A DNA stretch of 64,000 nucleotides from positions 64,001 through 128,000 of the forward strand of contig CAWCTR010000030.1 of NCBI GenBank assembly GCA_963798485.1, written 5' to 3'. The notes under the pieces were generated by a model. The model worked only from the letters and a program-made list of their open reading frames with translations, searched no databases and had not been told where the DNA came from. A program made the position numbers and the translations under genes. The stretch is from an uncultured delta proteobacterium (GTDB lineage Bacteria; Desulfobacterota; Desulfomonilia; UBA1062). Shown here one piece after another: positions 31,537 through 41,917 of the stretch (position 1 is its first letter; every line of letters starts with the position of its first letter).

Positions 31537-31544
31537 TCTCGCTC

Positions 31545-33734
31545 CTAAAGAACCTTTATCTGATCTGAGATCCAGGCCTTTGCTTCCTCGTTCAGGAACT
31601 GCCAGAGACCGAGATTCTTGAGGGTGTCCACGGTGGGTATACCGGTTTCTGTCCAGCCCCGCTCGCGATAATATTCCCTGATGAGCTCGGTTAACTGGTC
31701 TTTCCGGTACTTCATCAGGGTTTCCCGCTTTTCAGCTGTGGCCATTTTCCGGATCTCATCCAAAGGTTTTTTCATGATCCCGCTGAGCTCGGAATCGTTA
31801 TAGTCATTTTCAGCCTCGTACAGGTTATCATCGGTAGGCCCGATTGCCCGGTCCGGTATCCAGTCGTGTTTACCGATATCAATGCCGAAGATCATGGCAT
31901 TCATGACCCTCTGGAGATTGATGTCCCTGTCCGTCTGCTCAAAGATCTCCTGCCAGGTCATGTTTGTCCCGAGCATGGCGTTATAAAAATCCGCGTAGAT
32001 CTCCTGCGTGGCAGGGTTGATGTAGATATCGGTGTTCTTCATCTTCTCCGAATCGGGATTGAAGACATCCACCCAGGGGAGCTTGCACAGACCCAGATTG
32101 TCATTACCCAGCCTGACCCTTGGATACGCTACCAACGCCCTGGCCTTATCCTGGAAGGAAGGGAAGGCTCCCAGGAGGTCCGCTTTGATGAGCCATGCCG
32201 CTGCATGATGCGCCCCGATATCGCTGGCCGCAGCGTAGGAGCCCTGCATTGACAAAGACCGGTGGGTCCGGTACAGCGAGAAGGGAAGCCCCTTAGACTG
32301 CATGGCAAACCGCCCGAGCTCTTTTTTCACACCGTTCTTACCGGTTCGTCTGGTATAGGTGTCACTGACCCAGTCGATGAGCTCACGCATACCCTTGCCG
32401 GCCACGCTGGCCAATTCCGTTTTTCGGCGAGGGATCTCATGGAGGAATCGCAGGGCGGCTTGTGAATCACCCCAGTTCAATGTAATCCCGCCGGTATCTT
32501 CCTTGGTCAGATATCCCCGCTGGAAGCATTCCATGAGGAATGCTATGATGACGGCAGTAGTGATCGTATCTATCCCATAGTCATCGCAGTACCAGTTGGC
32601 TTCCATGATGAACTCGGCATTCCACATACCCAGGTTGGAACCGAATCCTGCGGCGGTTTCATACTCGGGCCCGTCCACCCACACCTTCCGGCCCTTTTTA
32701 TCTCCGGAGGTCAATCTCACCCAGCCGCCTTTTGTGCATTGGAGATTGCAGCCGGGGAAGCACCCGTCATTGCCTCTGTGCTCGAACAGGTGCTCTTCAT
32801 AGTATTTACCGCAGATATTTCCTGCCTGCGGATCTGACCCAAGCTGGTAATTCTTTACGGGCAGAGATTGGTAGGTATCCTTGTTCATGAAGGAGATCAG
32901 ACCGGCAGAGCCTTTGCGACCCATCCTCAAAGAGGTGGGATCAACTTCCTTGATGACCTTATGGAGTTTTGCCCCGGAGTGTTTGACCTTTTCCCAGTCA
33001 TGTGCCCCGTAGGGGTTTTCACCATGCGGATAGGAAGCAAGGATGATGATAGACCTGATTCCCTTATGCATCATAACCGTGCCGAGGCCTGTCCTTCCTG
33101 CCTGCTTTGTCCGGAAGATCCCTTTCGTCCCGTCAACAGGCTTGGTGGGGTCGAAATAGTGGCTGTTGATGCATCCGTAGGTGGTATTGGCCGCACCGAT
33201 GCCGGTCGTGACGAAAACGATGTTCTTCTTGTCATACCCCTTGCTTGTGAACTGCTCGACTATCTCGTGTTCCAGGTCGAAGACTTGGTCGATAACAGGC
33301 GCATTCATTATACTCACTTCCTGATTGAAGCCGTCGATGACAATCATGATGTTGTGAGCGGACCTTCCCGTGATCTCCAGGGCATCGAATCCGGCATACT
33401 TGAGATAGGCGCCGAAATGGCCCCCGAAGTTGGAGACACCGGGGATACCGGTGATCGGCGAGAGGGAAACGGCCATGCACTTGCTCGTGCCGGGGAACTG
33501 GGGAACGCCTCCCAGCGGCCCCGGAGAAAGGATAAGGGGGGTTTGGGGATCATAGGCGCTCATTCCGGGGGCTGTTTTCTTGTGCAACAGATAAAGACCC
33601 AGGCCACGACCTCCGATAAAATAATCTCTCACCTTCGGGTCGAGTTCAGGCGCCTCAATCGACCCTGTCCCTAGATCCAGGGTGAGGATGCGGTTTACAT
33701 ACCCACGATTAAGCTGCACGTTCACATACTTCAT
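31545..33734 (-). CDS. Aldehyde:ferredoxin oxidoreductase family tungstoenzyme (divergent)
   Basis: FIGGRGLG, SPITG..SNFGG, AGRTGLG, CFPGCNLQC, DGPEYET, CDDYGIDT, YYRERGW. Confidence 0.88.
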   Translation of the reverse strand: MKYVNVQLNRGYVNRILTLDLGTGSIEAPELDPKVRDYFIGGRGLGLYLLHKKTAPGMSAYDPQTPLILSPGPLGGVPQFPGTSKCMAVSLSPITGIPGVSNFGGHFGAYLKYAGFDALEITGRSAHNIMIVIDGFNQEVSIMNAPVIDQVFDLEHEIVEQFTSKGYDKKNIVFVTTGIGAANTTYGCINSHYFDPTKPVDGTKGIFRTKQAGRTGLGTVMMHKGIRSIIILASYPHGENPYGAHDWEKVKHSGAKLHKVIKEVDPTSLRMGRKGSAGLISFMNKDTYQSLPVKNYQLGSDPQAGNICGKYYEEHLFEHRGNDGCFPGCNLQCTKGGWVRLTSGDKKGRKVWVDGPEYETAAGFGSNLGMWNAEFIMEANWYCDDYGIDTITTAVIIAFLMECFQRGYLTKEDTGGITLNWGDSQAALRFLHEIPRRKTELASVAGKGMRELIDWVSDTYTRRTGKNGVKKELGRFAMQSKGLPFSLYRTHRSLSMQGSYAAASDIGAHHAAAWLIKADLLGAFPSFQDKARALVAYPRVRLGNDNLGLCKLPWVDVFNPDSEKMKNTDIYINPATQEIYADFYNAMLGTNMTWQEIFEQTDRDINLQRVMNAMIFGIDIGKHDWIPDRAIGPTDDNLYEAENDYNDSELSGIMKKPLDEIRKMATAEKRETLMKYRKDQLTELIREYYRERGWTETGIPTVDTLKNLGLWQFLNEEAKAWISDQIKVL

Positions 33735-33908
33735 TGCATATTCCTTTCTCAGGCCGCCTTATGATGTACGGGCACACATAGATTGTATCGTAATCATTGG
33801 CTGTTTTCAAACAGAGGTAAGATAAGACAAAGGGGTTTTCCTGTCAATGAGTTATCTTTCCTGGAGTTTCCCGAGTTTTATCACTCAGTAGTCGATAACC
33901 ATTTGTAT

Positions 33909-34091
33909 TTAGCTCCCTGTATTTTTCAGGGTTGTTAAGTCAAAGGTTGTATCACCTTTGAGGTTGAATACACCTGGGCCTGTGTCGGCCTTTATTCCTG
34001 CAGGGTATCCAACGGTTTGTGCCAGGATGACTTTTTGATGAGCGTGGAGTTTCATAGCATCAGCAAGGGCTTCCCTGTCAATCAGACCCCT
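33909..34091 (-). pseudogene. C-terminal remnant of SagB/ThcOx-type nitroreductase
   Basis: Frame reads RGLIDREALADAMKLHAHQKVILAQTVGYP...; in-frame TGA immediately upstream and no N-terminal part. Confidence 0.55.
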
Positions 34092-34209
34092 TCATGGCCG
34101 AACTGCAATAGATCAGCGATTTTTATCTTTTAGCCATGGTGGTTTCATGTTAATTTTTTTCAATGAAAAAATCAGAGCGTATGAACACCCTTGAGGGGCA
34201 GTCGCAACC

Positions 34210-36177
34210 ATGAAAAAGATAAAGAGCCTGTTGATCGCCAATCGCGGAGAAATAGCCTGCAGGGTGATAAAGACATGCCGGAAACTGGGGATTGCAACCG
34301 TTGCCGTTTATTCACAGATCGATAAGGGCAGCGTGTTCATGAACATGGCGGACGAGGCAGTCTGTCTGGGCGAGGCAGGGATCGGGGCCTACCTTGACCA
34401 GGACAGGATAATCCAGGCGGCCAACCTGACCGGTGCGGATGCAATACATCCGGGATACGGGCTTCTCTCGGAGAATCCCGAATTCGCTTCACGCTGCCAC
34501 GCAGAGGGCATAACGTTCATCGGGCCTTCTCCTGAATCCATCAGGGTGATGGGCTCCAAGATCGCAGCCCGTGAGCTCTGCGAGAAGATAGGCGTCCCCG
34601 TTATCCCGGGGTTCAAGGTGGGCGGAGAATCCATGGAAGAACTCGCCAAAAAGGCTTTAGATATAGGATATCCGCTCCTCATCAAGGCATCACAGGGGGG
34701 CGGCGGCATCGGCATCTACCGGGTGGATGATCCTTCCCTCCTGGAAGGCTCGCTGCCGGCTGCACGAAAGAAGTCCATGGCCGTCTACGGCAGCGACAGC
34801 CTGCTCATTGAGAAATACCTGAGCTCTGTACGACATATTGAATTCCAGGTCCTGGGTGACCTGCACGGAAAGGTGATCCACTGCCTTGAGCGGGAGTGCT
34901 CGGTCCAGCGCAGGCATCAGAAGCTTATCGAGGAATCCCCGTCTCCTGCCATGACGGAGCCCTTGAGGAAGAAGATGGGGAAGGCGGCCATCGCCATTGC
35001 AAAGGCCGTGAACTATACGAATGCCGGCACCGTGGAATTCGTGCTGGGTGATGACGGGGCGTTCTTCTTCCTGGAGATGAACACCAGGCTTCAGGTGGAG
35101 CACCCGGTGACCGAGGCCGTAACCGGGCTGGACCTGGTGGAGATGCAGATAGCCATTGCCGAGGGCGAGCCGCTGCCCGTGACCCAGGCGGATGTCTCCA
35201 TAAAAGGCCATGCCATCGAATGCCGGGTCTACGCCGAAGACCCGGATAATGACTTTGTCCCTTCCGCAGGGGACCTGCTTTTGTGGAGGGCTGCCCATGG
35301 TGCCCGGACCGACAGCGGTGTTGCCACCTCTTCTCGGATAACCATTGATTTCGACCCCCTCCTGGCAAAGGTGATCGCGCATGCCGATTCCCGCGCGAAT
35401 GCCATGAGGCGGATGAACAGGGCATTGAAGGAGACCACTGCACTGGGCGTGGCCACCAACATCGATTTCCTGTCGCGTCTTGTGACGGACGAGGCATTCA
35501 CAAATGGCCGGATCAAGACAGACTTTTTCGACAAGGACTCTCCTGTGATGGACAGACCCTCACTGAGAGAGGAAGAGTCGAGGGTGCTCGTCATGGCCGC
35601 CATTGTGGCCCGGTTCAACGATCACGAGGAAGGCCTCCGGGAGCTGGGGTGGCAGGGGGGCTACCACAGGATGAAATATGCAGGTTTTCTGCTGCATGGA
35701 GTTCAGTATCCGGCGAACTATAGAAAAAAGGACGGGAACAACTTTACAATCATCATACAGAAAGACACCTATGACGTCTGTGTGGCCGGGAAGGACACGG
35801 ATTCCATGTCCCTCATCGTCAACAACAGGCAGCTCAGGTTCTCCTATGCCCTTGACCAGGAGACGGTGTTCCTCCATTCCATGAACGTGGGGCACCATCA
35901 GCTCACCTATCTGTCGCGGTTCCATTCAATGGAATTCCGGCACCACAAAAAGGGGGCCCGCGAGGCGCCTATGGACGGCAAGGTAGCACTGGTATTGGTG
36001 CAACCAGGCCAGACCATAAAGAAAGGCCAGGACCTCATCATCATCGAGTCCATGAAGATGGAAAACATCATCGCCGCCCACGAGCAGGGCGTGGTGAAGG
36101 AGATCTTTGTGAAGCAGGGTGATTTTGTTAAGATGGGGTCCATACTCATAGAAATTGATACGGAGAATAACCCATGA
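34210..36177 (+). CDS. Acyl-CoA carboxylase alpha subunit (biotin carboxylase + BCCP)
   Basis: LIANRGEIA, HPGYG, ERECSVQRRHQK, EMNTRLQVEHPVTE, ESMKM biotin site. Confidence 0.93.
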   Translation: MKKIKSLLIANRGEIACRVIKTCRKLGIATVAVYSQIDKGSVFMNMADEAVCLGEAGIGAYLDQDRIIQAANLTGADAIHPGYGLLSENPEFASRCHAEGITFIGPSPESIRVMGSKIAARELCEKIGVPVIPGFKVGGESMEELAKKALDIGYPLLIKASQGGGGIGIYRVDDPSLLEGSLPAARKKSMAVYGSDSLLIEKYLSSVRHIEFQVLGDLHGKVIHCLERECSVQRRHQKLIEESPSPAMTEPLRKKMGKAAIAIAKAVNYTNAGTVEFVLGDDGAFFFLEMNTRLQVEHPVTEAVTGLDLVEMQIAIAEGEPLPVTQADVSIKGHAIECRVYAEDPDNDFVPSAGDLLLWRAAHGARTDSGVATSSRITIDFDPLLAKVIAHADSRANAMRRMNRALKETTALGVATNIDFLSRLVTDEAFTNGRIKTDFFDKDSPVMDRPSLREEESRVLVMAAIVARFNDHEEGLRELGWQGGYHRMKYAGFLLHGVQYPANYRKKDGNNFTIIIQKDTYDVCVAGKDTDSMSLIVNNRQLRFSYALDQETVFLHSMNVGHHQLTYLSRFHSMEFRHHKKGAREAPMDGKVALVLVQPGQTIKKGQDLIIIESMKMENIIAAHEQGVVKEIFVKQGDFVKMGSILIEIDTENNP

Positions 36178-37724
36178 GTGAAACTCTCGATCCATATAAG
36201 ATAGCCGAACTTGCTTCCCGCATCGAAAAGAACAAGGCGCTTGGGAGTGAAAAGAAGGTAAGCAAACAGCACGACAAGGGAAGGCTTACTGTGCGCGAGC
36301 GGATCGAGGCGCTCCTCGATAAGGGATCATTTGACGAGTATGGTGTGCTCTGCCACAGCGATCTTCCCGAGGCCGTTTCAAAGACACCGGCTGACGGCAA
36401 GGTATGCGGGTTCGGCCGGATAGACAACCGCACCGTATACGTTTCAGGCGACGACGTCACGGTCATGTCCGGTGCAGGCGGGCGCATAGGGGTCATCAAG
36501 GCGCTCAAGAACCTGCACTACGCTGCAACCAAGGGCTTCCCCTGTATACATCTCGGTGACGGAGGCGGGGCACGCATCCCCGACACCATGGGGGCGACAG
36601 GCATCATGAAGGCCATGGAGATCGTGGATGCCCACAACCGCGAGGTGCCGTTCATCGTATCCATTATGGGCGAATGCTATGGCGGCCCCACCTGGGAGGC
36701 ATCCATCTCGGATGTGGTCATACAGGTGAAAGGCGCCATCATGGCGGTCACATCGCCCCGTATCATCGAGGTGGCCACCGGCGAAATCTCGACAGCCGAG
36801 GAACTCGGCGGCTGGGAGATCCATGCGCGCACCACCGGCCAGGTGGACCTGTTCGCCGAGAATGAAGAGGAGTGCCTCTGGCTGATACGCCGCCTGCTCG
36901 GTTTTCTGCCGGGTAATGCGCGCGAACTTCCGCCAAATAAGCCATGCGACGACCCCTCAGGGGTAAAGATCGAATCCATCTTCGAGGCGGTCCCGGAAGA
37001 CCCCAAGACCCTCTATGATATCCACAACGCCCTGGACCTCATCTTCGATTCCGACAGCATCCTGGAGCTCAAGCCCTATTACGACGGCAGCCTGGTCACG
37101 TGCTTTGCCCGCCTGGACGGATACAGTGTGGGCGTACTCGCCAACAACCCTTTGGTGACCGCGGGCGCCATGGGGCCGGGGGCCTGCGACAAGGCCATCG
37201 CCTTCATCTGTCTGTGCGACTCGTTCAACATCCCCATGATCTTCATTCACGACACGCCGGGTTTTCTCGTGGGCAGGGATGCAGAAGCCGGGAAGATGCC
37301 CTTGAAGATCATGTCCATGATAAAGGCGCTCCAGCTCACCACTGTACCCGTGGTGAGCCTCATCACCCGCAAGTCCTACGGCATGGCGCACCACAACATG
37401 GCGGGCGGCAAGCTCTCGGATTCCATCATCGCCTGGCCCACTGCAGACATCTCGTTCATGTCGGCCGATGTCGCCATCAATGCCGCCTTCGGCCAGAACT
37501 TTTCTGACAGCCCGGGGGCGGCAGATATGAGAACGGCATTCATGAAGGAGATGATCCGCAGGGCCGAGCCCTGGGAGGCAGCCGGGCTGAACCTCATCGA
37601 TAAGGTCATAGACCCCCGCGACACCAGGACCGAGCTGATAAAGGCCCTTGCCCTTGCCCGCGGCAGCAGCGGAGAGCGGGGCATGAGCAGGCGTTTGCTG
37701 GCCTCCTGGCCGAAGATGGTGTGA
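36174..37724 (+). CDS. Acyl-CoA carboxylase carboxyltransferase subunit
   Basis: GRLTVRERI, DGGGARI, AEELGG, DTPGFLVG, IDPRDTR; ATGA overlap. Confidence 0.9.
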   Translation: MSETLDPYKIAELASRIEKNKALGSEKKVSKQHDKGRLTVRERIEALLDKGSFDEYGVLCHSDLPEAVSKTPADGKVCGFGRIDNRTVYVSGDDVTVMSGAGGRIGVIKALKNLHYAATKGFPCIHLGDGGGARIPDTMGATGIMKAMEIVDAHNREVPFIVSIMGECYGGPTWEASISDVVIQVKGAIMAVTSPRIIEVATGEISTAEELGGWEIHARTTGQVDLFAENEEECLWLIRRLLGFLPGNARELPPNKPCDDPSGVKIESIFEAVPEDPKTLYDIHNALDLIFDSDSILELKPYYDGSLVTCFARLDGYSVGVLANNPLVTAGAMGPGACDKAIAFICLCDSFNIPMIFIHDTPGFLVGRDAEAGKMPLKIMSMIKALQLTTVPVVSLITRKSYGMAHHNMAGGKLSDSIIAWPTADISFMSADVAINAAFGQNFSDSPGAADMRTAFMKEMIRRAEPWEAAGLNLIDKVIDPRDTRTELIKALALARGSSGERGMSRRLLASWPKMV

Positions 37725-37781
37725 CAAATCAAAATCAGCCCCAGCCTTGTATTGGGGGTTCACTTCATATCTTATGGCAAC

Positions 37782-38720
37782 CTATTGCTGAGGAGTCGCT
37801 CCGGCCTCTCCACCCTTTTTTGTTTCAGCAGTTTTGAAGTACGTATCAATATTATCTAGGAGGACCTTTGCCTTTCTCCTGGCTATTTCGTTCAAAAAGG
37901 TCTTGTCAGCGTAGGTGTTTGCCGGCGTTTCAAGGATTGTCGCCAGGGTCTTCTTAAACAGCTCCCTGTCCTGGATCTGGCAGGCGTAATACCTGGCATA
38001 CATGACATGGAAAGCAAAAATACTGTTGCCTGAGTAGGTAAAGGCCTTGTCAAACTCCTCCCGGGCCTTTTCAGGGTCACCACCATCGGCTTTGGGCCGG
38101 TTTGCATATAGTGCCCCCAGCAATGCATGCACGCTGCCGTTGTTATACGAATCATCGAGTGAATTGATAAACTCCAACATGGCCTCCATCTTGGGTATGT
38201 CTGTGCGGGCCTCTGGCGTATCAAGGTTGAGGTTGATCCAGCCGGCCCAGTTCATTGCAGTCCAGTAGAGGGCCTGGATATTTTTCTTGTCGAAGGTGGC
38301 AGGCAGTGCCTGTTTGAATGCCAAGATAGAAGTTTCATAGGTAATGGCGTGTTTGAAGATCCTGTAACGTTTGAGTTCATCCAGGGTATAATCTCTTCCC
38401 TTAAGGTAATTGAGACTTGCCTCCTTCTTATCGGTGTCCTCCGCGAAGCAGAAGGCATACCCGTAATATGCCCCGGATAACCTGTATAATAATGACTCCT
38501 CAGATTCAGGCCCGATAAGACCGTCCATATATTGGAGGTATGGGGGCATGGCGGTGCCGAACATGTCCACATCAGGGTTCGTATTGGCAGTAGTATAAAT
38601 ATCCTCCAAAAAAGATCCCGTGGGCGGCTCAACCGCAGCCTTGTGTGCACAGCCGGACAGGAACAGGGTGCTTGTCAGGATAAGGAGCCATCCGGCAATC
38701 CGAAATGAGCGTATGGCCAT
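37782..38720 (-). CDS. TatT-like (TRAP transporter T-component) TPR lipoprotein
   Basis: Lipobox LSGC; YWTAMNW, GGDPEKAREEFDKA, YARYYA, NEIARRKA. Confidence 0.7.
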   Translation of the reverse strand: MAIRSFRIAGWLLILTSTLFLSGCAHKAAVEPPTGSFLEDIYTTANTNPDVDMFGTAMPPYLQYMDGLIGPESEESLLYRLSGAYYGYAFCFAEDTDKKEASLNYLKGRDYTLDELKRYRIFKHAITYETSILAFKQALPATFDKKNIQALYWTAMNWAGWINLNLDTPEARTDIPKMEAMLEFINSLDDSYNNGSVHALLGALYANRPKADGGDPEKAREEFDKAFTYSGNSIFAFHVMYARYYACQIQDRELFKKTLATILETPANTYADKTFLNEIARRKAKVLLDNIDTYFKTAETKKGGEAGATPQQ

Positions 38721-38907
38721 ATAAACCTCCATTGAATTGCTAAGGGTACATTCCCCTATGCCACCCGCAAGAAAGTCTCTCGCTTCCAGGAGAAGCATCT
38801 TTATATCTTATCACCCCACGAAATACTTTGCAATGAAAAGGCCTTGGAATACTGTTTTTATTATAGCGATTATCCGATAGGTAATTTATCAATTCGAGGG
38901 AATAAAC

Positions 38908-41839
38908 ATGATACATGAAGAAACAATCAGGAAGATACTCGACAGTATCGGTGATGGGTATTATGAAATGGATCTTGCAGGAAACCTGACTTCCTTTAAT
39001 AAATGGCTCCCCATAATTTCCGGATATAGTGATGAAGAGATAATGAATATGGATTTCCGGAAATACATGGATGCCGAGGATGCCAAAAAGGTCTTTCATG
39101 TATATCAGAATGTCTTTCTAACCGGCCGGCAGGTTAATGCGGTGACATGGGCCTTGATCAAGAAGAATGGATCGCAAGCCCAGGCGGAGGCGTCGGTCTC
39201 GCTTATAAAGGACGAGTCTGATAAACCAATAGGGTTTCGCGGTATTGTCAGGGACGTAACAGAGAGGAAAAAGACAGAAGAGGCCTTGAAGGCAAGTGAG
39301 GAAAGGTACCGCGCCCTTGCCGAGAATATGCAGGATGTCATCTGGATTATCAAGGATATGAATTTCAGTTATGTCAGCCCTGCTGTTGAAAGACAATGGG
39401 GATATTGTATTGAAGATATCCTCGGCAAACCTGTGGAAAATTTCCTGGACACTCAATCATGCCTCACGCTGAATAACATTGTGAATGATGTAGTTCTTTC
39501 AGAAGGTGAAAATAAGGCGATCCTCGAAATGCCCCTTGAGCTTGAGGTCATATGCAAGGATGGCTCTAAGATTTGGACAGAGGCTTCAATCAATGTACTC
39601 TTTGATCCTTCAGGTAAATTGGCAGGCTTCCAGGGGTTATCGAGGGATATTACACTCAGGAAGATGGTTGAGGGTGCGCTGGAGGAAAATTTTAATCTCC
39701 TCCAGAAACTGATCGACTCCATACCCAACCCCATATTCTATACCGACACCCAAGGGAGGCTGAACGGATGCAACCTGGCATACGAAGTGGTCTGCGGGGA
39801 GGCAAAGGTTGATATTGTCGGAAGCCCTTTCTCCGCGGTATCCCCCAAAGAGCTGCTTGCACTCTATAATAAAGAGTCTTCCGGGTTGTCAGGGGAGCAT
39901 GACAGCATACAGGAATACCTATCAGGCATGGAATATGCCGATGGGTCCAGGCACGATATCATACTGAGCATTACCACCTTTACCGACGCCGAGGGGAAGA
40001 AGGCCGGAACGGTAGGTGTACTGTTCGACATCACCGATCAGAAGCGTCAAGAACAGAAGATCCAGCAGGCGCTTGATGAATCGGAGAAAAGTCAGGCTGA
40101 GATATCCGCATTGCTGAATGCCTCACATATTGTCCTGGAGAAACAGGATTTTGAAGAATCATCACATGGTATCTTCGATAACTGCAAGACCCTGATCGGG
40201 GCATCCGCAGGGTATGTTTCTATCTTTGGAGAAGATACCGGCCAAGAGGAGATAATATATACGGATCTGGCCGTTGTTAATGGCAGTGCCCTGACATGCC
40301 TCGGCATGAAAGAGGAACTGAGAGATATTGTCTCGGTGAAGGGGAAAACCATATTCATCAATAAGATTTCATGTAAAGAAAATGATATCCCTTTTGAACC
40401 ACAGCCCTACAACGTTCTTGTTTCGCCGCTCAAGGGAGAGGGGGGACCACAGGGCCTTATCGTCCTGGTGAACAAGCCAGGGGGGTTCAATAAGGACGAT
40501 GCGCGGTTGGCCAAGGCCTTCGGCGAGTTTGCATCCATTTCACTGCTCAACAGCCGTACCCTGAGGTCCCTTGAGACCAGCGAGAAACGGTTCCGCTCGG
40601 TCGCCCAGACAGCCAATGACGCATTTATTACTTACGACACCGATTCAAGGATTATTCTGTGGAACAAGAGTGCGGAAAGGATGTTCGGTCATGCAACACA
40701 TGATGCATTAGGAAGAGACATAACTATCATAATCCCTGAGAGATTAAGGGATGCGTACAAGAGAGAAGTGAATAACATTATGAATGCCGCGCATAAGACC
40801 CAGACGAAAGATCCGCAGATGATAGGGAGAGCTTTCCAGATGACGGGATTGAAGAGTGACAAAAAAGAATTTCCCATCGAGATCTCGGTCTCCTCCTGGG
40901 AAGCAGAAGGGAAAAGCTTCTTCACTGCTATTATAAGAGATATCGCAGAAAGAAAACTGCTTGAAGATTCACTCAGGAAAGAGACGGATGATTTAAAAAG
41001 CGCTAGGGAGGAGTTGGAGAAGGCATATAAGGAACTCCAGACCACACAGTCACGTATCCTCCAGCAGGAAAAGATGGCCTCCATCGGACAGCTGGCCGCC
41101 GGGATGGCGCATGAAATCAATAATCCTATGGGATTTATCTCCAGCAATCTTTCAACCTTGGGCAAGTATGCCGGTAAAATTCATGACTATCTTTCAACCC
41201 AATCCGAGTTGCTTCAACGTGTTAAGAACAGTGAAGTCGTTGAACAACTTAATGGGAAGCGAAAGTCCCTGAAGATAGATTTCATCGTTGAAGATATCAA
41301 GGAATTGGTTAGGGAATCGCAGGACGGCGCTGAAAGGGTCAAGAAGATCGTGCAGGATTTAAAGAGCTTCTCACGGGTTGATCAGGAGGTACACAAGCCT
41401 GCCGATATCAATGAATGCATAGAGAGCACTCTGAATATCGTGTGGAATGAGTTGAAATACAAGGCAACTATACAAAAAGAATATGGAGAGATACCCTTAA
41501 CCAAATGCTATCCACAACAGATAAACCAGGTATTCATGAACCTCTTTGTCAATGCCGCACAGGCCATTGAGAAGCAAGGGGTGATAACGGTCAGGACATG
41601 GAGCCGGGACAATTCAATCTTTGCCTCTATCTCCGATACGGGCTGCGGTATGAAGTCCAGAGACCGTAAACCGCATCTTTGAGCCTTTCTTTACAACCAA
41701 GGATGTAGGCAAGGGCACCGGCCTTGGCCTGAGTATAACCTATGACATCATAAAAAAGCATGAAGGTGAGATAACCGTACAAAGCGAGCTCGGCAAAGGG
41801 ACCACATTTACCATACGAATTCCTGTTGTAGAAGAATAA
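38908..41839 (+). pseudogene. Multi-PAS/GAF sensor histidine kinase with +1 frameshift in HATPase domain
   Basis: EKMASIGQLAAGMAHEINNP H-box; after DTGCGM an extra A (41653-41654); alternate frame reads [10 protein letters not shown]...GTGLGL...GTTFTIRIP to TAA 41839. Confidence 0.88.
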
Positions 41840-41917
41840 GGGGCTTGGCAGGAAAGTCGCGGGATAATTTGTTTGAATGTTGCATTTTTAAATCCTCTAT
41901 TTTATATGAGACCCCTT

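Noticed and set aside
30983-31540. Glycine riboswitch upstream of gcvT
   Set aside because: No GGAGA...CCGAAG...CTCTCAGG aptamer pattern on the minus strand; the structures are repeat elements
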